DNA of 64,000 nucleotides from Promethearchaeota archaeon. Its GTDB lineage: Archaea > Asgardarchaeota > Lokiarchaeia > Sigyniarchaeales > SOKP01. The position numbers were made by a program, and so were the translations under genes. Location of the stretch: contig JAEOUA010000006.1 of assembly GCA_016839555.1 (NCBI GenBank), positions 1 through 64,000 on the forward strand. Direction: 5' to 3'. Below are positions 58,634 to 64,000 of the stretch, one piece after another (position 1 is the stretch's first letter; each line of letters opens with the position of its first letter). Below the pieces are notes generated by a model, which made no database searches, was not told the DNA's origin, and saw only the letters and a program-made list of their open reading frames with translations.

Positions 58634-58774
58634 TTAATTAGTATTTATAGGTTGGAGGATTTTATGAGCCTTATCTTTATCTTCAATTAATTGATATTCT
58701 GCTTTACATATCCTACATACAAGCTTGTTATCCTTTGGAATTAGAAGATTATTACAAACTGGACAATAATTCAA
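58634..58774 (-). CDS. 46-aa single zinc-ribbon protein resembling the N-terminal ribbon of TFS/RpoM (Rpb9/Rpc11)
   Basis: Not in the ORF track. AGGTG SD + TTG; MNYCPVCNNLLIPKDNKLVCRICKAEYQL... Confidence 0.65.
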   Translation of the reverse strand: MNYCPVCNNLLIPKDNKLVCRICKAEYQLIEDKDKAHKILQPINTN

Positions 58775-58908
58775 GAATTATTTTGCACCTAGATTAAAAT
58801 AGATTAAGATTTTAAGTAAGCTTTATATATAATAGGGTTTTATACCTTAAAAGTTTTAAATTTAAAGGGAAATCTGATTAGTGAATTAAGATTTTATTAA
58901 TCCTATTC

Positions 58909-59483
58909 TTAAGATATTTTTAAAAGCACCTTACCGAATTGTTTCCCTTCTTGAAGATATCTTTCGGCCTCCGCTGCTTGATCTATAGAAAACACTTTAT
59001 CAATAACCGGCTTTATTTTCCCCTCAAAAACTAATTTAATTACTTCCCGAAATTCTTTTTGATTACTCATCGTGGATCCCTTTATTTGGAGTTGGTTCCA
59101 AAGAATTCTGCGAATGTCCCATCGATATGCTCTCCTTTTATTACAACTTTAGGACATAGATTTTGTTGACCTGCCAAGCAATAAGAACACTTCCCACATG
59201 AAAGTCCTGGATTTATTAAAACTCTATCTCCAGGTTTAAATAATGTAACATTATCACCTACTTCTTTAATCACGCCACTCCCGTCTGAACCCATAATATG
59301 GGGCATTTTCAAGCGTAATCCTGGCCATCCTTCAAGTATAAACAAATCAAGATGATTTAATCCCCCATATTTTGTTTCAATTAGAACTTTATCAGATTGG
59401 ATGGAGGGCATAGCTATGTCACCAACTTTAATGTTTTCAATTCCGCCATGCTCTTGAAAAAAAGCTGTTTTCATAGATAGCAA
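58909..59483 (-). pseudogene. MDR (Zn-ADH/quinone oxidoreductase) gene with internal deletion and frameshift
   Basis: The N-part (GLNHLD, GSDGSG, CGKCSYC..NLC, DGTFAEFF) is joined at ~59100 to an out-of-frame C-part, WNQLQIKGSTMSNQKEF..IKPVIDKVF..EGKQFGKVLLKIS*. The Rossmann domain is missing. Confidence 0.88.
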
Positions 59484-59652
59484 TTAGAGACACAAATATA
59501 TAAAAAAGTTGATTATAATTCATAATTACGTAATTCAAAATTCAATTATTTTATTCAGAGTTTTAAACTATATCAAAAATATTTATCGACAATAGAAAAT
59601 AGTCAAATATTAAAAGAAATCTTGATTAAATGATTTAAACTAAGGATTAATA

Positions 59653-60282
59653 ATGACCTTTATTAAAGTTTATATCGCATTTATTAATTTTGGCTCATTA
59701 ATATTATCCTTTATTCTGTTAGGAATTCTCTATACTATAAGCCTTCAGCCTATGACGCGAGCCGAAAAATATGGTGAAAAAGCGTGGAAGCAATGTGAAA
59801 TTTATCGATCTATAGGAGGATTTTTTGAATTACTTTCGGTTATAAATTTAATTTTATGGATTTGGTTTCCGCTCCCTATTGTAGGTGAATGGAAGATTAA
59901 TGACAATATATGGGTTGGGATTATAATAGGGGTCTGTATTTTGATACCATGCGGAATTATTATGGTTAAAGGTATTATTGATGCAGGTTCGGAGGCGTTA
60001 TCCCCCTCAAAAGAGACAGAAATGTATGGAGGTATTTATAAATATATTAGGCACCCTCAGACTCTTGGAGAATTTCCCATGTTTGTTGCCCTTGGATTTT
60101 TATTTAATTCATGGTTTCTGGTCCTCATTTGCTCAGTGTTCATTATATTCTATACCCCAATTATGATTCACTATGAGGAAAAAGATTTAATTAAAAGGTT
60201 CGGCAATAAATATATTCAATATCAAAAGACAACAGGCGCATTATTTCCAAAATTTAGAAAAAAGAATTATATAACTACTTAA
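59653..60282 (+). CDS. isoprenylcysteine carboxyl methyltransferase/PEMT family membrane protein
   Basis: GGIYKYIRHPQ..G, EEKDLIKRFG..Y..Y..T..LFP; TMs. Confidence 0.88.
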   Translation: MTFIKVYIAFINFGSLILSFILLGILYTISLQPMTRAEKYGEKAWKQCEIYRSIGGFFELLSVINLILWIWFPLPIVGEWKINDNIWVGIIIGVCILIPCGIIMVKGIIDAGSEALSPSKETEMYGGIYKYIRHPQTLGEFPMFVALGFLFNSWFLVLICSVFIIFYTPIMIHYEEKDLIKRFGNKYIQYQKTTGALFPKFRKKNYITT

Positions 60283-60297
60283 TTAGAGATTTTTTTC

Positions 60298-61092
60298 TTA
60301 ATTTATTGAAATAAATTCATTATAAGATAAAATTCCTTGTTCAATATTCCATTTTTTATATAAATTCATAATAAATTGAATATTTTGATTACAATGAAAA
60401 TTCCCTGGATAAAATTGCTCCCAATGGACCCACCATATTTTAGATATAGCCAATTGCTTTATATGATAGTCTATATCTTTTAAAAAATCTCTGGCGGTCC
60501 ATGATATGAGATGGTCTATTTGATTAAAGTAGGGTTTAAAAGGATCTATACTGTGTGTATCTCCCACATGTAATACTCCAAAGAGATTTCCATTTTTTCT
60601 TTCTTGAATTAAGAAAGCAACTTTCTTAGGATTTTTACTAAATAATTTTTTCTTTAATGGAATTGCCCTTAAAGTTTTTTCCTCACTAGCATCTAAAAAT
60701 TCATATATTTTATTTACGTTTATTATATATAATCTATTTGCCAAATCAATAGATCCTGATGAATCTTTTTTAATCCGAGATTTTAGGGATTTAATTATTA
60801 TTCTTGGAGCTATTATATTCACTTCTTTATTAATAGCAAGAATTTTCTTCAAAAATGAAAAATCATAATGATCTTTATGCTTATGTGTTATTGCTATTAA
60901 TTTAAGGTTTATACCTATTTTCTGAATAAATTCTTCAATTTTATGGGGGATTCCAATCCAAGGTGACTTGCCGTGATATATATTGGTTTTTCCATGCCAT
61001 TTAAAGGATCCTGAAAGAAAAGGATCAATAGCAATATAGAATTCAGAAAATTTTATTACAACACCAGCATGACCAATCCAAAGTAACTCCAT
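60298..61092 (-). CDS. MBL-fold metallo-hydrolase (UlaG-like)
   Basis: WIGHAG..IAIDPFLS, ITHKHKDHYD, HVGDT, VHWE. Confidence 0.8.
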   Translation of the reverse strand: MELLWIGHAGVVIKFSEFYIAIDPFLSGSFKWHGKTNIYHGKSPWIGIPHKIEEFIQKIGINLKLIAITHKHKDHYDFSFLKKILAINKEVNIIAPRIIIKSLKSRIKKDSSGSIDLANRLYIINVNKIYEFLDASEEKTLRAIPLKKKLFSKNPKKVAFLIQERKNGNLFGVLHVGDTHSIDPFKPYFNQIDHLISWTARDFLKDIDYHIKQLAISKIWWVHWEQFYPGNFHCNQNIQFIMNLYKKWNIEQGILSYNEFISIN

Positions 61093-61114
61093 CTGAAATC
61101 GCTATGATAGTATT

Positions 61115-61969
61115 TTATTCTTTATTTTTTTGATAGGTATCTTTCTTATAGATATCCATCAATAATATTCCCGCAATGATAACAATGATTGCTAAAATTT
61201 TAAATATTGAGATGGATGCCCCCAAAACTATTATCAATTCAAAATAGATGGGCGTTATAATATAGAAGGAATTAGAGATGGGTACTAATTTTGAGGCATC
61301 TGCACCTTTCGCAAATCCGAATTGTGTCACTACAAGAGCACAAAATCCTATGAGAAAGCTTAACATAAAGATGGGAAATGTAGAAATATTAAAAATCTCA
61401 GAAAATCCCGCTTTAAGACCGATACGCTTAAAAACATTATCAATAGCACCTAGGGATCCTGATACAAGTCCAAAAATAAATGAGACTGCTAATATTGTTT
61501 TTTTGAATATTGCGATTAAGACAAAGAAAAAAATAAAGATAATTGCACATAATATAATAAAATTCATAAACAATACATTCTCAGTAGTGGGGGGCTCAAG
61601 AATTTGAATAACTCCCACGAATGTCGTTCCTATAATTATAAGCACTATTCCTAATGCACTCCTGCTCGAAATTTGTTCCTTTAAAACGAAATAGGAGTAT
61701 AACATTAAAATTATTAATCCTAATCCAAACATAGAGGAATAAACCGAGGCAGTAGAATACTGAGTTCCTAGCATTTGCCAGATAAATACAGTATTATTTA
61801 GGGCCATTCCAATTATATAAATTAAAGGTTTTTTCCCTTTTTCCTTAAAACTTTTTTTTTTAGAGAAGATTTCGATACCTTGACGCTCTAAGGCCTTTGC
61901 TAAATGAATTTGAAATGTATCAATAAGACCAAATAATAAACCCAAATATACGACATTAACTTCTGCCAA
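61115..61969 (-). CDS. DMT/NIPA-like membrane transporter
   Basis: About 9 TMs; YFVLKEQIS..GIVLIIIG; Q.GF.KG.DAS.LVP. Confidence 0.7.
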   Translation of the reverse strand: MAEVNVVYLGLLFGLIDTFQIHLAKALERQGIEIFSKKKSFKEKGKKPLIYIIGMALNNTVFIWQMLGTQYSTASVYSSMFGLGLIILMLYSYFVLKEQISSRSALGIVLIIIGTTFVGVIQILEPPTTENVLFMNFIILCAIIFIFFFVLIAIFKKTILAVSFIFGLVSGSLGAIDNVFKRIGLKAGFSEIFNISTFPIFMLSFLIGFCALVVTQFGFAKGADASKLVPISNSFYIITPIYFELIIVLGASISIFKILAIIVIIAGILLMDIYKKDTYQKNKE

Positions 61970-62094
61970 TTTTATTCCTTTTTTTTATTTAGTAAAAAGA
62001 TCAAATATTTTCCCTAATTTATTGTTTTTTATTTGATTTAAGAATTATTAAATGTTAGTCGATCAAAAAAGCAAGCATTTTATAAAATAAATGG

Positions 62095-63384
62095 TTATAT
62101 AATGATCTTTTCTAATTGAGCTGCTATTTGAGCTCCTGAAATAATCGATAATCCTAATCCCGTCCCATATTTAATCTCATCTTCTCCATCAAGGTGTTTC
62201 ATAAAGGAGAAGAGGGCTGATCCACACACAAATATATTTGATTTCCTATCATTGTTAAACAATAATTCAAATGAACTTGAAATTTTATTAGGAATAGAAA
62301 TAGAATTTTTTTCGAATAATTCTTTAAATTCTCTGACTTCAGCAAGGGGTCCTTCTTGAAATAAAGTGCCGACTGCAAATACTATGAATCTCGACCTAAC
62401 ATTTATAATTTTTCCATCCTTATTGAGAAGCTTTAATTTCCAATTGGTATCTTGATCATCAATTTTATCAAATTCTATGAAAGTGAAATTATTATGAATT
62501 GGGATTTCCAACTCCTTAACTTTTTCACTAATACTGTTATTAAATCTTTTAGACATTAAAGATGGTGATAAGGCAACTAATTCCCTGCATTCTATATTTA
62601 AATATTTTGAGAGAAGATTAATAATCTTTCTTTCAGCTTTTAATCCTAAAATTGGTGGAAATAAAATAGAAGTAATTTTATCTAAATTAATCTCTGAGTT
62701 TTGATTTTTTAATTCTTTTTGAATATAATCTCCAAAGATAATAACCTTATCTGAATGTGTATCGAAATAATTTGCAATCTTGTATTCCGATAATTTTCCT
62801 TTTATTTCGGTTTGATTTTCATTTTCTTCCCAATAATCAAAAAGTTTTTTGAGAGAGAGCTTTAATATTTTATAAGTGCAAGAAAAGGTCTCTTTAAGAT
62901 TTTTAGCTACAAGATACATCGCATCATTATTAAATTCAGAAAAATCAACAAGAATTACAATTGAACTATTATCTAATTGCTCAAATTCGTGGAAAATCGT
63001 ATTCCACATTCCAACACAAGGTTTTAAATTGCCTAATGTTGTTAATACATATTTATTTGTTATCTTATCATTCTCAATTGAAAATGTAAATTCAGGAAAC
63101 TGGGCGGAGAATTCTATAAAGGCTCTATTAATTTGGTTGAAATTTAAATACCCATAAGGGTGATGAGGGATTTCTTTCTTAAACTCGTTAAAAGATGACT
63201 CTAAATCCTTATTATGATGATAATCAAGAAAATCCATAGTGCCAACCCAAAATTGGGATGCTCCCGTTCCGCTATTAAAAATTTCGCAATTTATTCCTTT
63301 CATTTTTAATAAAATCCCTAAATATAACCCAGAGAATCCACCCCCTATAATACTCACATCAATAGCTTTTTGATTTTCGTTCAT
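62095..63384 (-). CDS. glpB: anaerobic glycerol-3-phosphate dehydrogenase subunit B-like
   Basis: DVSIIGGGFSG, G.MDFL, LTTLGNLKP, FPPILG, PSL, GTGLGLSIISG; overlaps glpA. Confidence 0.75.
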   Translation of the reverse strand: MNENQKAIDVSIIGGGFSGLYLGILLKMKGINCEIFNSGTGASQFWVGTMDFLDYHHNKDLESSFNEFKKEIPHHPYGYLNFNQINRAFIEFSAQFPEFTFSIENDKITNKYVLTTLGNLKPCVGMWNTIFHEFEQLDNSSIVILVDFSEFNNDAMYLVAKNLKETFSCTYKILKLSLKKLFDYWEENENQTEIKGKLSEYKIANYFDTHSDKVIIFGDYIQKELKNQNSEINLDKITSILFPPILGLKAERKIINLLSKYLNIECRELVALSPSLMSKRFNNSISEKVKELEIPIHNNFTFIEFDKIDDQDTNWKLKLLNKDGKIINVRSRFIVFAVGTLFQEGPLAEVREFKELFEKNSISIPNKISSSFELLFNNDRKSNIFVCGSALFSFMKHLDGEDEIKYGTGLGLSIISGAQIAAQLEKIII

Positions 63385-64000
63385 TTTAAGTTTCCTCCTA
63401 AAAGATAGATATATTTAGAGAGTTTAATTTGTCTTTTAAGTATATTATTAGCAGAGATTTGGATTTTCCATCGTTTTTCTAATGCTTTTTTCAATTCGGT
63501 CATAATTTGAGAATGTATTTTTTCCGTAAGTTTTGCTTCTAAATTTGCTAATTTATAATAGCAAAACAGCCCTTGGCACGGCCCCATACCCTGGCGTGTT
63601 CTTCTTCTATAATCGTCTAATACTCTTACATTAAGGTTTTCCCTTACCCAAGATAATTCAGGCTCGGTCACATTTTCACATTCACAAATTTTTTGTGGTC
63701 CCTCATCAGAAGAAAAAGGATCTAAACAAGTTTCGCACATCTCAAAAATTTCCTTATAAAAGGTACCCCATTTAAATTGCATATCAAATGCAGTCTTTTT
63801 ATCAACATGAAGCTCCTTCTCGAATACTTTTTTAGTTATTACCCTATCCCCTCCAGGTAGTGGTAGCTCGGCAGTTTGGCATTGCGCATTTATGTCAAGT
63901 TTTTCGGCGACAAGATCCGATATTTGTTCTGCCATTAACCGATAGGTTGTTAATTTTCCTCCTATAATAGTTAATAGACCAGAATATCCTTCCTCTTCAT
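63381..64000 (-). CDS. glpA: anaerobic glycerol-3-phosphate dehydrogenase subunit A, 5' partial (runs off window end)
   Basis: Frame open to the window end: EEEGYSGLLTIIGGKLTTYRLMAE..CQTAELPLPG..ICECENVT..RRRTRQGMGPCQGLFC (BFD-like Fe-S). Confidence 0.88.
   Translation of the reverse strand, partial: EEEGYSGLLTIIGGKLTTYRLMAEQISDLVAEKLDINAQCQTAELPLPGGDRVITKKVFEKELHVDKKTAFDMQFKWGTFYKEIFEMCETCLDPFSSDEGPQKICECENVTEPELSWVRENLNVRVLDDYRRRTRQGMGPCQGLFCYYKLANLEAKLTEKIHSQIMTELKKALEKRWKIQISANNILKRQIKLSKYIYLLGGNLK

Noticed and set aside
29894-60282. A eukaryote-like CaaX prenylation pathway (prenyltransferase-repeat protein 29894, CPBP protease 48091, ICMT-like 59653) acting on the small GTPases
   Set aside because: The genes are scattered over 30 kb, all three families are common in prokaryotes, and neither GTPase ends in a Cys/CaaX motif.
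1715-63157. Many short antisense or overlapping ORFs in the track (e.g. 1715-1912, 10668-10949, 13555-13932, 28465-28776, 38090-38464, 52906-53310, 61278-61607)
   Set aside because: They lie within well-supported genes and have no recognisable motifs; they are shadow ORFs.
1-64000. CRISPR array, tRNA or rRNA genes
   Set aside because: I saw no regularly spaced repeats or GC-rich structured RNA-like segments; the intergenic regions are AT-rich with oligo-T tracts. A tRNAscan-SE/Infernal run would be needed to exclude them formally.

Overview
AT-rich archaeal DNA, most consistent with Asgard archaea (Lokiarchaeia/Promethearchaeia-like). Supporting signs are longin/roadblock-type proteins, Rag/Arf-like and Rab-like small GTPases, a uDENN/NPR2-like-V4R fusion, FG-GAP repeats, ADP-forming acyl-CoA synthetases, GGTGA-type SD sites and frequent TTG/GTG starts. 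About 55 CDS, mostly metabolic: a corrinoid methyltransferase module with an MtrH-like protein, a beta-oxidation cluster, TldD/PmbA, an M1 aminopeptidase and GlpAB. I recognised no rRNA, tRNA, CRISPR array or intact transposase. Highlights: (1) a membrane-anchored Rab-like GTPase with circularly permuted G-motifs in the unusual order G3-G4-G5-G1-G2 (40560-42026); (2) an apparent operon of a single-pass receptor with a cytoplasmic longin+winged-helix tail, a Rag-like GTPase and a free longin protein, with an NPR2/uDENN-V4R sensor nearby (28757-34378); (3) a PadR-BtrH-DUF3795-methyltransferase-class II UvrA operon; (4) a divergent pair of orphan amino-DNA methyltransferases; (5) a probably catalytically dead Glu/Leu dehydrogenase; (6) several collapsed gene remnants, a 51-bp promoter duplication flanking a ~1.3-kb insert, and two probable ATT start codons. 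All family calls come from motif recognition by eye; no searches were run.
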